Source: Candidatus Shapirobacteria bacterium CG_4_10_14_0_8_um_filter_39_15
GTDB taxonomy: Bacteria; Patescibacteriota; Microgenomatia; UM-FILTER-39-15
Assembly (NCBI GenBank): GCA_002784465.1
Contig: PFLE01000013.1
Span: 10,972 to 74,971 of the forward strand
Direction: 5' to 3'
DNA length: 64,000 bases
Both the position numbers and the translations under genes were made by a program. Under the pieces are notes generated by a model. That model was not told where the DNA came from. It worked only from the letters and a program-made list of their open reading frames with translations, and did not search any database. Shown piece by piece: positions 46,317 through 54,810 of the stretch. Position 1 is the first letter of the stretch. The number at the start of each line of letters is the position of its first letter.

Positions 46317-47681
46317 TCAATTTTTAACACATTTTCCGCTCGCATCCGGATAATTTCCGTCTAATTGACAATTATATCCTGCCGGACACGCAACTCCTGC
46401 AAATCCCCCGCAGAATTTTCCTTCGGGATTTGATGGGGTTGGAGTTGATGTTACTTCTGCTTTTGAATTGAACTCCATTGTTACAAGCAACTTATTTACG
46501 GCCGATTCGACATCCTTGTAGGTACCGGCTGTTTCAATGGTAATAATATAAACAAGATCGTCTTTAAGAGAAAATATTTCGGTAGTATTCCAAAGTCCGC
46601 AAGGAGTATCCCGATATGTCAATCCTTCAACCCTCCCAATTTTACTAGAGTATCCTTTCGATTTACTGATACAGGAGTCGATTTGCGGTACAATATCTTC
46701 TAATTTACGACTGTCTGCATTTTGATATGTTATCGCCAGGGTAAAATTTACTTTATTTATCGCCGGAGAAATTATTTGAACCACTCCGGGCGTATCAACA
46801 AAAACTCCATCAACCGAAGCTATTTTATTTTCGTTTAATTTATATCCCGAAGGGTATCGAATTGAATATCGCCCATTATTATTTGAATAGAGACTCCAAT
46901 TGGCAGGATTTTCTTCTGGATAAGTAAATTTAAAAGAAGCCCTTATATACTCAAACTGGGTATAAAAATCATGCGCCTTTTCGGTATCTGCCTGGATAAC
47001 GGAGGTGGCAATTTCATAACAGGTCGTGTTTTTCAGATGACGAAAAATCTTGTTTTTATAATTTACTCCATTGATAGTTGAAGAATTAGAATAAGTCCGA
47101 AAGAGTTCACCACCAAAAATATTATCAATTAATGAATGATCGTTATAAAGATTTTCACACTCGGTTTTTTTGATATTTGGTTTTACGGATACAGAAATTA
47201 TGGCAACCGTGTTTTCAAGTTCAATTACGGGTTTTACTCCGAGGAAAGATTGTCCCCGATCTTCAGTAGTTAAAAAGTTAGCAGGATAATTAAATTCAAA
47301 TTGATATTTTTCGTTGCGATAGACTATGTTCGGAATTGGTTCCGAAGTTGGAGTCGCAAGAGGAACCGGCTCTAAATTTTTTAGTGAAACAGGATTTTTC
47401 TCTAAGAGATTTCTCATACACCAACCTATCGCATCCGCCGTTTTGGTTGTTTTCAAACAGAAATAACCCCGAGGGCATATCGTCCCCATAAAACCACCGC
47501 AAGAAATATCTGTCTTTAAACTTTTAAATCCAAAATATCCAATAATAATGAAAATAACCAGAAAGAGAATTACCAAAAGTAAAAATATTTTTGGTTTTTT
47601 GGAAGAAACGGGAACGGGTGAAACAGGAGTATTTTCAGGTTGAACAAGATTTACGGGTGGTTGAGTTGGTTGCGGATCCAT
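46317..47681 (-). CDS. Hypothetical membrane-anchored secreted protein with CGGFxGxxCPxGYxC motifs at both ends
   Basis: TM FLLLVILFLVIFIIIGYF. N-proximal CGGFMGTICPRGYFC and C-terminal CGGFAGVACPAGYNC...C. Confidence 0.4.
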   Translation of the reverse strand: MDPQPTQPPVNLVQPENTPVSPVPVSSKKPKIFLLLVILFLVIFIIIGYFGFKSLKTDISCGGFMGTICPRGYFCLKTTKTADAIGWCMRNLLEKNPVSLKNLEPVPLATPTSEPIPNIVYRNEKYQFEFNYPANFLTTEDRGQSFLGVKPVIELENTVAIISVSVKPNIKKTECENLYNDHSLIDNIFGGELFRTYSNSSTINGVNYKNKIFRHLKNTTCYEIATSVIQADTEKAHDFYTQFEYIRASFKFTYPEENPANWSLYSNNNGRYSIRYPSGYKLNENKIASVDGVFVDTPGVVQIISPAINKVNFTLAITYQNADSRKLEDIVPQIDSCISKSKGYSSKIGRVEGLTYRDTPCGLWNTTEIFSLKDDLVYIITIETAGTYKDVESAVNKLLVTMEFNSKAEVTSTPTPSNPEGKFCGGFAGVACPAGYNCQLDGNYPDASGKCVKN

Positions 47682-47776
47682 AAATCCATTATTCCACCTG
47701 GAAAATTTTCTGTCAAGGGAAAAGTGATCAGAACCGTTTCTGAAAAAGAAATTCTTCTAACGATGATAACACCCTC

Positions 47777-47825
47777 TTGACAAAAAGAAAGTGTTACTTT
47801 ATACTTCAACTGTTAGGTAACACTT
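47777..47825 (+). promoter_or_regulatory. Sigma70-like promoter TTGACA-17-TATACT with the -10 region flanked by a perfect 9-bp inverted repeat AAGTGTTAC / GTAACACTT (operator candidate)
   Basis: ttgacaaaaagaaagtgttactttatacttcaactgttaggtaacactt ends 1 nt before the ATG at 47827. Confidence 0.5.
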
Positions 47826-47826
47826 T

Positions 47827-48231
47827 ATGAAAACAAAGATAAAAGCAAAACAGAAAGCGTGGGAGTTTTACGAAGCGTGGCGACAAGTTAAGTCAAATTC
47901 ACCAGCCTTAGGTTGTGAAGTAAGGGTATCGCTTTTGGGCTGGCGACACATTACAGGAGCAACGGGAGCGAAAAAACGGACATTTAAGGATATGTATTGG
48001 CGGTTAAAGCTTTTGCCTTATGCCAAGCAAATTATTGAAACTTCGACTACTGTTCAGAACATATCAGAAAGGAAAGGGAGGAAATATTACGCCTTAGAGG
48101 CAATGATAGAAATTGAACAGGATAACTCTAAAAGTATGCGGAAAGTAAGAGTCATTTTATTGGAAGATAAACAGGGTAATAAGATATTTTATTCAGTAAT
48201 GGACAAAAAAAGTGGGTCGCCTCACGCTTAG
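47827..48231 (+). CDS. Hypothetical basic 134-aa protein upstream of fic
   Basis: ORF with strong promoter and operator; no recognised family. Confidence 0.4.
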   Translation: MKTKIKAKQKAWEFYEAWRQVKSNSPALGCEVRVSLLGWRHITGATGAKKRTFKDMYWRLKLLPYAKQIIETSTTVQNISERKGRKYYALEAMIEIEQDNSKSMRKVRVILLEDKQGNKIFYSVMDKKSGSPHA

Positions 48232-48297
48232 GTTTTTAGACTTTAGCGTTATGGAGAGTAAAAACTCTCTCAACCCACCAAAAGAATATTAACACCA

Positions 48298-48315
48298 GTT
48301 GACAATTTTGTCAAC
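48298..48315 (+). promoter_or_regulatory. Perfect 18-bp palindrome GTTGACAATTTTGTCAAC overlapping a -35-like TTGACA, 12 nt upstream of the fic start; candidate operator for the Fic C-terminal HTH
   Basis: Seen directly in the sequence. Confidence 0.5.
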
Positions 48316-48327
48316 CTTAAGGACAAA

Positions 48328-49299
48328 ATGAACGATAAATTACAGGAAAAACTTAAAACCTTAACCGAGAAAAAAAAGGAACTGGATAAACAGAAACCTT
48401 TAACCGCCGAGGTTCTAAAAAATCTTGAAGGATGGTTGAAAGTTGAGTTGACCTATTCTTCTAATGCGATTGAGGGAAATACCTTAACTCGGTTAGAAAC
48501 GGCAGAGGTGATTGAGAAGGGGATTTCGGCGGCCTTGACAGGCAAATCCCTGCAAGACCAACTGGAAGCCATAAACCACGCAAAAGCGGTAGAGTTTATC
48601 AAAACCCTTGCCAAAGAGGAAAAGAGTCATCAATTTATAACCGAGCAAGATATCAAAGCGATTCATAAAATTATCCTCACGGGTATTAATGACGAGTGGG
48701 CGGGCAGATACCGGGAAAGCGATATGACAGAATTTATTCAGTGGCTCGAGACACAACAAAATATCCACCCGTTTCGGGTTGCCGCTGACGCTCATTTCAA
48801 GTTCGTGTCTATTCACCCTTTTGTTGATGGTAACGGAAGAACGGCCAGACTTCTCATGAACCTTATTTTAATTATCAATGGTTATCCCATGGCCATTATT
48901 AGAAATGAAAACAGAACCGAATATCTGGATGCGGTAAATACCGGACAGACTAAAGGCAATTTGGAAATGTTTTACGCGGTTATAGAAGAAGCAGAAGAAC
49001 GCTCTCTTGATGCTTACCTCAATGCCGCCCGAGGCAAACCAGTCATTCCTGTTTTAATGGGTAAAGACAAAGAGACAAAACTTCTCAAGATTGGAGAACT
49101 TGCCCAAGCCGCCAGAGAAACGAAACCGACGATCAGGTTTTGGACCAAAGAGGGATTATTGGAAATTGCCAAGCTTACAAAAGCAGGTTATGCGCTTTAT
49201 GACTCTAAAATGATCGAAAGAGTCAAAGAAATTAGACGCCTGCAGAATGAGGAGAGGTTATCAATTGCAGAGATTAAAAATAGACCAAACTTCGAATGA
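48328..49299 (+). CDS. fic: Fic-family protein (class II, N-terminal inhibitory helix) with C-terminal MerR-like/winged HTH
   Basis: Fic motif HPFVDGNGRTARLLMNLIL. Inhibitory motif S-x-x-x-E-G in YSSNAIEGN. C-terminus KPTIRFWTKEGLL...YALYDSKMIERVKEIRRLQNEERLSIAEI. Confidence 0.85.
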   Translation: MNDKLQEKLKTLTEKKKELDKQKPLTAEVLKNLEGWLKVELTYSSNAIEGNTLTRLETAEVIEKGISAALTGKSLQDQLEAINHAKAVEFIKTLAKEEKSHQFITEQDIKAIHKIILTGINDEWAGRYRESDMTEFIQWLETQQNIHPFRVAADAHFKFVSIHPFVDGNGRTARLLMNLILIINGYPMAIIRNENRTEYLDAVNTGQTKGNLEMFYAVIEEAEERSLDAYLNAARGKPVIPVLMGKDKETKLLKIGELAQAARETKPTIRFWTKEGLLEIAKLTKAGYALYDSKMIERVKEIRRLQNEERLSIAEIKNRPNFE

Positions 49300-49306
49300 T
49301 TTTTCA

Positions 49307-49348
49307 AGATAAACAACCCGATAATTTAGTAACTTGACTTTATGAATT
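49307..49348. promoter_or_regulatory. Perfect 12-bp inverted repeat AACCCGATAATT ... AATTATCGGGTT (18-nt spacer containing TTGACT) between fic and ATPase paralog 3
   Basis: Seen directly; could be a terminator for fic or an operator for the ATPase gene. Confidence 0.45.
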
Positions 49349-49369
49349 ATCGGGTTAAAATATAAGTAT

Positions 49370-50617
49370 ATGATAAAACGGAAGATTTTTAAGGAACTCA
49401 AAGACCATTTAGATAAAAAAGAAATTACCCTGATTGTTGGTCCTCGTCAGGCAGGGAAAACAACTTTGATGGTGCTTTTAAAAGAACACCTGGAAGCTCA
49501 AGGTAAAAAAACAATTTTTTTCAATCTTGATATTGAAGCGGATAAACAACTCTTTGTTTCTCAAGAGCAATTATTGCACAAAATAGCCATAGAAATAGGG
49601 GAGAGTGAAGGCTATGTGTTTATTGACGAAATCCAACGCAAAGAAAACGCCGGGTTGTTTTTAAAAGGATTGTATGACATGAATCTACCATACAAGCTGA
49701 TTGTTTCCGGTTCAGGCTCAGTCGAACTCAAAGAAAAGATCCATGAGTCCTTAGCCGGGAGGAAACGTGTGTTTGAACTTTCAACATTAAGTTTTATTGA
49801 GTTTGTGAATTACAAAACAGAATATAAGTATGAAATCAAGCTTCCAGAATTTTTTGCGATCGAACCAAACCAAACCCAAAGACTATTAGAGGAATATCTG
49901 AGCTATGGTGGCTATCCGCGCGTGATCCTTGAAGACACGGTTGATCGGAAGCGTCGGATTATGGCCGAACTGTATCAAAGTTATTTAGAGCGTGATATTG
50001 TCTCCTTGCTCGGAATTAAAAAGACTGAAAGTTTTACGGCCTTGGTTCAAATTATGGCCTCGCAGGTAGGTAATTTAGTGAATGTAACTGAACTTTCCAA
50101 TACTTTAAATATTTCAACAGTAACCGTCAGTGATTATCTGTGGTATATGCAAAAGACCTTTTTGGTAGATAAGGTTACTCCATATTTCAGGAACATAAGA
50201 AAAGAAATAACCAAAGCTCCAGTATTTTATTTTTATGATTTAGGCATGAGAAATTATGCCCTTGGTACTTTTGGGACAACTCCCATTAGCGATAACGGCT
50301 TTCTGTTTCAAAACTTCATTTACCATTTGCTTAAAAATAAAACTCAAGACTCCTCGGCTCGGGTTCACTATTGGAGAACGACCGATAAGGCAGAAGTAGA
50401 TTTTGTGATAGATAAAGTTCAGGAAGTTATTCCGATTGAAGTGAAGTATAAAAAGCTGTCAGAGACGGAGACAACAAGGTCATTTCAAAACTTCCTTTCG
50501 AAGTATCAACCCAAACTAGGGTATGTTATTCATCTGGGGAAAGAGAGCAAAGAAAGAGTAGGAAATACAGAAATTGCCTTTTTGCCTTATTCTCAATTCC
50601 TTTTTCAAGATTTATAG
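49370..50617 (+). CDS. AAA+ ATPase with DUF4143 (COG1373 family), paralog 3
   Basis: IVGPRQAGKTTLM, VFIDEIQ; collinear with paralogs 1 and 2. Confidence 0.75.
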   Translation: MIKRKIFKELKDHLDKKEITLIVGPRQAGKTTLMVLLKEHLEAQGKKTIFFNLDIEADKQLFVSQEQLLHKIAIEIGESEGYVFIDEIQRKENAGLFLKGLYDMNLPYKLIVSGSGSVELKEKIHESLAGRKRVFELSTLSFIEFVNYKTEYKYEIKLPEFFAIEPNQTQRLLEEYLSYGGYPRVILEDTVDRKRRIMAELYQSYLERDIVSLLGIKKTESFTALVQIMASQVGNLVNVTELSNTLNISTVTVSDYLWYMQKTFLVDKVTPYFRNIRKEITKAPVFYFYDLGMRNYALGTFGTTPISDNGFLFQNFIYHLLKNKTQDSSARVHYWRTTDKAEVDFVIDKVQEVIPIEVKYKKLSETETTRSFQNFLSKYQPKLGYVIHLGKESKERVGNTEIAFLPYSQFLFQDL

Positions 50618-50670
50618 CATTCGTCTCCTCGAATGATTTTTCTCCCTTTTACGACTAAATAATTACCAGT

Positions 50671-51816
50671 ATGAAGAATATTGTTGTCTTAGGTTCAACC
50701 GGTTCGGTTGGGAAACAGACATTGGAAGTGGTTGAAGCCCATCCGGAAGAATTTAAAGTTGTTGGATTAGGCTGTAATTCTAATATCGATTTGTTAAGGC
50801 AACAGGCGGACAAGTATAAACCGGATTGGTTGGCGGTTAGTGATGAAAAAAAAGGCCGTCAACTTTCCGTGAAATTGGCAAACAAAAAAATCAAAGTCTT
50901 TTTTGGTGAAGATTCCTTGTCTCGAATTGCCGTTCACCCAAAGGCAGAAATGGTGGTCGTGGCGGTGATGGGAGCGGCCGGAATAAAGCCAACCCTGATG
51001 GCGATCAGGGCAAGAAAAGACATTGCCCTGGCGACCAAAGAAGTAATGGTCGCGGCCGGTGATTTAGTTAACGAAGAAGTGAAGAAAAATAAAATTAATT
51101 TAATTCCGGTTGATTCGGAACACAGCGCCATTTTTCAGTGTTTGCATTATGACGATCGGAAGGAAGTCGGCAAAATTTATTTAACCTGTTCGGGCGGGGC
51201 ATTCCGCGGTAAAAAAAGATGCGATTTGGAAAATGTTAAACCAAAAGACGCCTTAAGGCACCCGAATTGGAAAATGGGCGCCAAAATTACCATTGACTGC
51301 GCGACATTGATGAATAAAGGCTTGGAAATGATTGAAGCCCAAAAACTTTTTGGGTTGGCAATTAACCAGGTGGAAATAGTTTTGCATCCCCAAAGCGTAA
51401 TTCACTCTATGGTAGAATTTGTGGATGGCAATATCATTGCCCAGCTTGGACCGGCGGATATGCGTTTTCCGATTCGTTACGCCTTGGCTTTTCCGAAAAG
51501 ATTAAAAAATCATTTTACTTTTCTTAACCCTTTTACTACCCCGCAAATGAATTTTTCATCCCCTGATTGGGAAACTTTTGAATGTTTATCCTTGGCTAAA
51601 AAGGCGGCCGAAATCGGAGGGACAATGCCGGCGGTTTTAAATGCCGCGGATGAAATCGCGGTTGGTCTTTTCCTGCAAAATAAAATCAAATTTCTGGAAA
51701 TTCCCAGGTTGGTTAAGAAAATAATGGAAAATCACCGGGTGATTAATCAGCCAACACTGGAAGAAGTTTTTCAGGCCGATGACTGGGCGAGAAAACAAAC
51801 CAGTGGTATGATATAG
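50671..51816 (+). CDS. dxr: 1-deoxy-D-xylulose 5-phosphate reductoisomerase
   Basis: VVLGSTGSVGKQTLEVV N-terminus, and PVDSEHSAIFQC, LTCSGGAFRG conserved blocks. Confidence 0.9.
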   Translation: MKNIVVLGSTGSVGKQTLEVVEAHPEEFKVVGLGCNSNIDLLRQQADKYKPDWLAVSDEKKGRQLSVKLANKKIKVFFGEDSLSRIAVHPKAEMVVVAVMGAAGIKPTLMAIRARKDIALATKEVMVAAGDLVNEEVKKNKINLIPVDSEHSAIFQCLHYDDRKEVGKIYLTCSGGAFRGKKRCDLENVKPKDALRHPNWKMGAKITIDCATLMNKGLEMIEAQKLFGLAINQVEIVLHPQSVIHSMVEFVDGNIIAQLGPADMRFPIRYALAFPKRLKNHFTFLNPFTTPQMNFSSPDWETFECLSLAKKAAEIGGTMPAVLNAADEIAVGLFLQNKIKFLEIPRLVKKIMENHRVINQPTLEEVFQADDWARKQTSGMI

Positions 51817-51818
51817 GG

Positions 51819-52307
51819 GTGATTGACAAGATTGATCAGGCAAAATTATTAAATTTTATTAAAAGCAAGGTTGGAGATAACGACGAAGTTGAAGAAATTT
51901 ATCAGGAAACTTTAATTTCGGCTTATGAATCATTGGGGCGTTTTTCAGGAAGATCGACAATTTTTACCTGGTTGGTGAGTATCGCCAGACACGAAATCGG
52001 TGATTATTATCGAAAAAGGAAAATTAAAATTTTTCTTTTTTCTCACCTTCCCTGGTTGGAAAATCTAGCGACCGAGGCCTTAGGTCCGGAGCAGGAACTA
52101 TTAAAAAAAGAATTACAAACAAGAGTAATAAGGGTGATGGGGGAAATAAGGGAGGAATATCGACAAGTCCTAAAATTAAAATATTATGAAGGATTCTCGG
52201 TTTTGGAAATTGCGCAAAAATTAAATGAAAATACAAAAACAATTGAATCAAGACTTTTCCGGGCCCGGGTCTCTTTTGCTAAAACTTTCACTGCTGACCG
52301 CGGTTAA
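51819..52307 (+). CDS. ECF-type sigma-70 family sigma factor (GTG start)
   Basis: Region 2 (IYQETLISAYESLGRF...FTWLVSIARHEIGDYYRKR) and region 4 HTH (VLEIAQKLNENTKTIESRLFRAR). Confidence 0.75.
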   Translation: MIDKIDQAKLLNFIKSKVGDNDEVEEIYQETLISAYESLGRFSGRSTIFTWLVSIARHEIGDYYRKRKIKIFLFSHLPWLENLATEALGPEQELLKKELQTRVIRVMGEIREEYRQVLKLKYYEGFSVLEIAQKLNENTKTIESRLFRARVSFAKTFTADRG

Positions 52308-52377
52308 AGAAAGCTATTTGTTTTTGGCCAATCTTTACGGTTTTCTTTTTCACCCCCAAAAAACCTTAAGAAAAATT

Positions 52378-52482
52378 ATGGCTGACCGGTCGCAATTCGG
52401 ACTTTTTGCGGCCAGCGGTTTTGGCTTGATTCTGTTTTTTGCCTTCTTAGCCTTTCTTTTTTACTGGTTTTTTGTAAAATGA
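52378..52482 (+). CDS. Small hydrophobic protein downstream of the sigma factor (possible minimal anti-sigma or membrane peptide)
   Basis: MADRSQFGLFAASGFGLILFFAFLAFLFYWFFVK; start uncertain. Confidence 0.3.
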   Translation: MADRSQFGLFAASGFGLILFFAFLAFLFYWFFVK

Positions 52483-53207
52483 CAATGAAAATGGAAAACA
52501 TTCCGACACATGTGGCGATTATTATGGATGGCAACCGCCGTTGGGCGGCCAAAAACGGTTTAGGGGCCGTGGCGGGCCATGAGAGGGCGGCCAAAAAGGC
52601 AATTGAACCGTTGGTAGAACGAGCCGCCAAAATGGGAATTTCCTATCTTACTTTTTGGGCGTTTTCAACCGAGAACTGGAAGAGAGACAAACAAGAGGTT
52701 GAGGGTTTGTTTAGAATTTTCCGCGAGGTTTTAGGCGATAAGATTGATTGGTTAAATGAAAAAGGAGTTAAGGTTCGGTATATTGGGGATATTGAAAAAT
52801 TTCCGGCTGATATTTGCGATAAAGTGAAACAAGGAATTGAAAAAACCAAAAATAATACCGCGATTACGGTTTCTTTTGCCTTAAATTACGGCGGCCGGGA
52901 TGAAATTTTAAGAGCGATCAAAAAAGTCCTAGCCGCGGGTGTTACCGACGGAGAATTAACCGAGGAAAGATTTTCCCAATTTTTGGATACGGCGGGTATT
53001 CCTGATCCTGATTTAATTATCCGAACCGGCGGCCAACTCCGTTTGTCCGGCTATCTTCCCTGGCAAAGCATTTATGCCGAGCTTTATTTTACCCCGGTTT
53101 TGTTTCCGGATTTTAGTCCAGCGGAATTTGATAAGGCGATTGAGGAATATCAGCAAAGAACAAGAAGGTTTGGGGGGGGAAAGTTTAAAGACTATAAAAA
53201 GAAGTGA
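52479..53207 (+). CDS. uppS: Undecaprenyl diphosphate synthase (cis-prenyltransferase)
   Basis: HVAIIMDGNRRWA, FSTENWKR, RTGGQLRLSGYLPWQS motifs. Confidence 0.9.
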   Translation: MTMKMENIPTHVAIIMDGNRRWAAKNGLGAVAGHERAAKKAIEPLVERAAKMGISYLTFWAFSTENWKRDKQEVEGLFRIFREVLGDKIDWLNEKGVKVRYIGDIEKFPADICDKVKQGIEKTKNNTAITVSFALNYGGRDEILRAIKKVLAAGVTDGELTEERFSQFLDTAGIPDPDLIIRTGGQLRLSGYLPWQSIYAELYFTPVLFPDFSPAEFDKAIEEYQQRTRRFGGGKFKDYKKK

Positions 53208-53211
53208 ATCA

Positions 53212-53290
53212 GCACACAAGAGCACTAGTACGTCAGAACACCAGAGCGCTGGAAACTAGTACACTGGTGCACTAGATCACCAGATCACTA
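53212..53290. repeat. Left arm of CACTAGTAC-word inverted repeat flanking four-helix-bundle gene copy 3
   Basis: cacaagagcactagtacgtcagaacaccagagcgctggaaactagtacactggtgcactagatcaccagatcactagtactctagg; partner arm at 53681-53760. Confidence 0.6.
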
Positions 53291-53308
53291 GTACTCTAGG
53301 ATAGGATT

Positions 53309-53668
53309 ATGAACGAAGATGCTTCTTACAAAAAACTAATAATTTGGCAAAAGGCCGATCTTTTTGCTAGAGAAATCTATAAAGTCACAGTATTTTTTCC
53401 CAAAGATGAAATATATGGTTTAACCTCCCAGATACGAAGAGCTGTTCTCTCCGTTGTTCTTAATATTATTGAAGGTTATGCAAGAAATAATAAGAAAGAA
53501 TTTAAGAATTTTTTAAGGATTGCTTATGCTTCGTTGGTTGAGGTTGAATATTTGCTCGAATTTTCATCTGTTAGAGGCTACATAACGAAAGAAAAATATT
53601 TTTTTCTTAATGGTTTAAGAGACGAATGTGGAAAAATTCTTTGGAAGTTTATGCTTTCCCAAAAATAG
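53309..53668 (+). CDS. Four-helix-bundle protein (23S-IVS / Avd superfamily), copy 3
   Basis: KKLIIWQKADLFAREIYKVT...GLTSQIRRAVLSVVLNIIEGYARNNKKEFKNFLRIAYASLVEVEYLLEF. Confidence 0.75.
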   Translation: MNEDASYKKLIIWQKADLFAREIYKVTVFFPKDEIYGLTSQIRRAVLSVVLNIIEGYARNNKKEFKNFLRIAYASLVEVEYLLEFSSVRGYITKEKYFFLNGLRDECGKILWKFMLSQK

Positions 53669-53680
53669 CGATTTATTATC

Positions 53681-53760
53681 CTGGCGTACTAGTGTACTAG
53701 TGTTCTGGAGTACTCGTTTGTTGGTTCTGGTGTACTGGCTCACTAGTGTTCTAGTGTACT
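53681..53760. repeat. Right arm of CACTAGTAC-word inverted repeat
   Basis: ctggcgtactagtgtactagtgttctggagtactcgtttgttggttctggtgtactggctcactagtgttctagtgtact. Confidence 0.6.
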
Positions 53761-54253
53761 AAAACAATCCGGTACTTAACCCCAGAATTTTCTCCATAAT
53801 CTGGGTAATCCAGAAGGCACAGAAAATGATCAGAAAACCGATTAAGGCACCGGTTAATTTGCCTTTGGCCGAAGCGGCCGCTTTTGGATCGCCGGCGCTA
53901 ACCATCAATTGAAAACCTCCGGCAATCAGCATTAACAGTAAAATAATTCCGGCCAATCCAAAAATCCAGGGAAGTAAAAGGGAAACGATGGCGCCAATGC
54001 TGGTGAATTGTGGATTAAAATTGGGAACACTGATTCCATGAAAAGAGGTGCTATTTGGAACACAACAGAATCTAGGTCCACGGGCAACGGCCTGGCAATC
54101 CATTTTCCCATTATTGGTTTCCCCAAATGGGTTACATACAGTTTTACAAATCCCATAAATGGCAGTACAATCATTTCCGTTGACCGCAAAAATATTGTTT
54201 GGTGAAATAAAAAGGGAAAGAAAAATAAATAAAAAGATAATTTTTTTTAGCAT
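53759..54253 (-). CDS. VirB2/TrbC-like pilin paralog with N-terminal defensin-like cysteine domain
   Basis: Signal peptide; DCTAIYGICKTVCNPFGETNNGKMDCQAVARGPRFCC (C-x6-C-x3-C-x12-C-x9-CC); then the pilin module LMLIAGGFQLMVSAGDPKAAASAKGKLTGALIGFLIIFCAF. Confidence 0.55.
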   Translation of the reverse strand: MLKKIIFLFIFLSLFISPNNIFAVNGNDCTAIYGICKTVCNPFGETNNGKMDCQAVARGPRFCCVPNSTSFHGISVPNFNPQFTSIGAIVSLLLPWIFGLAGIILLLMLIAGGFQLMVSAGDPKAAASAKGKLTGALIGFLIIFCAFWITQIMEKILGLSTGLF

Positions 54254-54257
54254 TTTT

Positions 54258-54761
54258 TTACAATCCAGGTATTCCTAAAATATCCATTCCAATTAATCTT
54301 AACAAAAAGACTGAAAAAATGATTAGTAAAAGTCCGGTTAAAGCCGAGGTAATGGTTTCCTTGCCGGCCTGAATGCTTTTTGGGTCACCACCAGAAGCCA
54401 TAATTTGGAAAGTGCCGAAAAGCATTAATAAAAAAGCAATTCCGCCGCCAATCCCAACAGCTAACCCTAAAATGTTAGTAATAAAATTGGTTGGGTTGAA
54501 AGTATCAATACAGCCAATGGCGGTTTTAAGGCCGGCGGGACCACTTGAAGTGGTACAACTAGAACTGTCAGGGTTGGCATCCACACAGCAAACATGATTG
54601 CCTGGAGCACAAGTTCCGACCGAATGCTCGGTGTTATCACAAGTGAACTTACAGATTCCATCACCTCCGTGACAAGTAACGACCGCGCGGGCCGTATTAT
54701 AAAAAAAAGAAAAACAAAGTGTTGCAGCAATAAAAACACCAAAAAGAAAAAACTTCTTCAT
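54258..54761 (-). CDS. VirB2/TrbC-like pilin paralog with N-terminal defensin-like cysteine domain
   Basis: Signal peptide; TCHGGDGICKFTCDNTEHSVGTCAPGNHVCC (C-x6-C-x3-C-x9-C-x6-CC, close to the beta-defensin spacing C-x6-C-x4-C-x9-C-x6-CC); then MLFGTFQIMASGGDPKSIQAGKETITSALTGLLLIIFSVF. Confidence 0.55.
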   Translation of the reverse strand: MKKFFLFGVFIAATLCFSFFYNTARAVVTCHGGDGICKFTCDNTEHSVGTCAPGNHVCCVDANPDSSSCTTSSGPAGLKTAIGCIDTFNPTNFITNILGLAVGIGGGIAFLLMLFGTFQIMASGGDPKSIQAGKETITSALTGLLLIIFSVFLLRLIGMDILGIPGL

Positions 54762-54810
54762 TAATTTTAGTTTAGCATACTCTGGTGGAATTTAACAACT
54801 AAAGAGTAAG

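Noticed and set aside
28010-53668. Diversity-generating retroelement (the four-helix-bundle proteins belong to the Avd superfamily)
   Set aside because: No reverse transcriptase ORF (no YxDD-type motif) anywhere in the window. No template/variable repeat pair with A-specific mismatches. The flanks are inverted repeats, not TR/VR.
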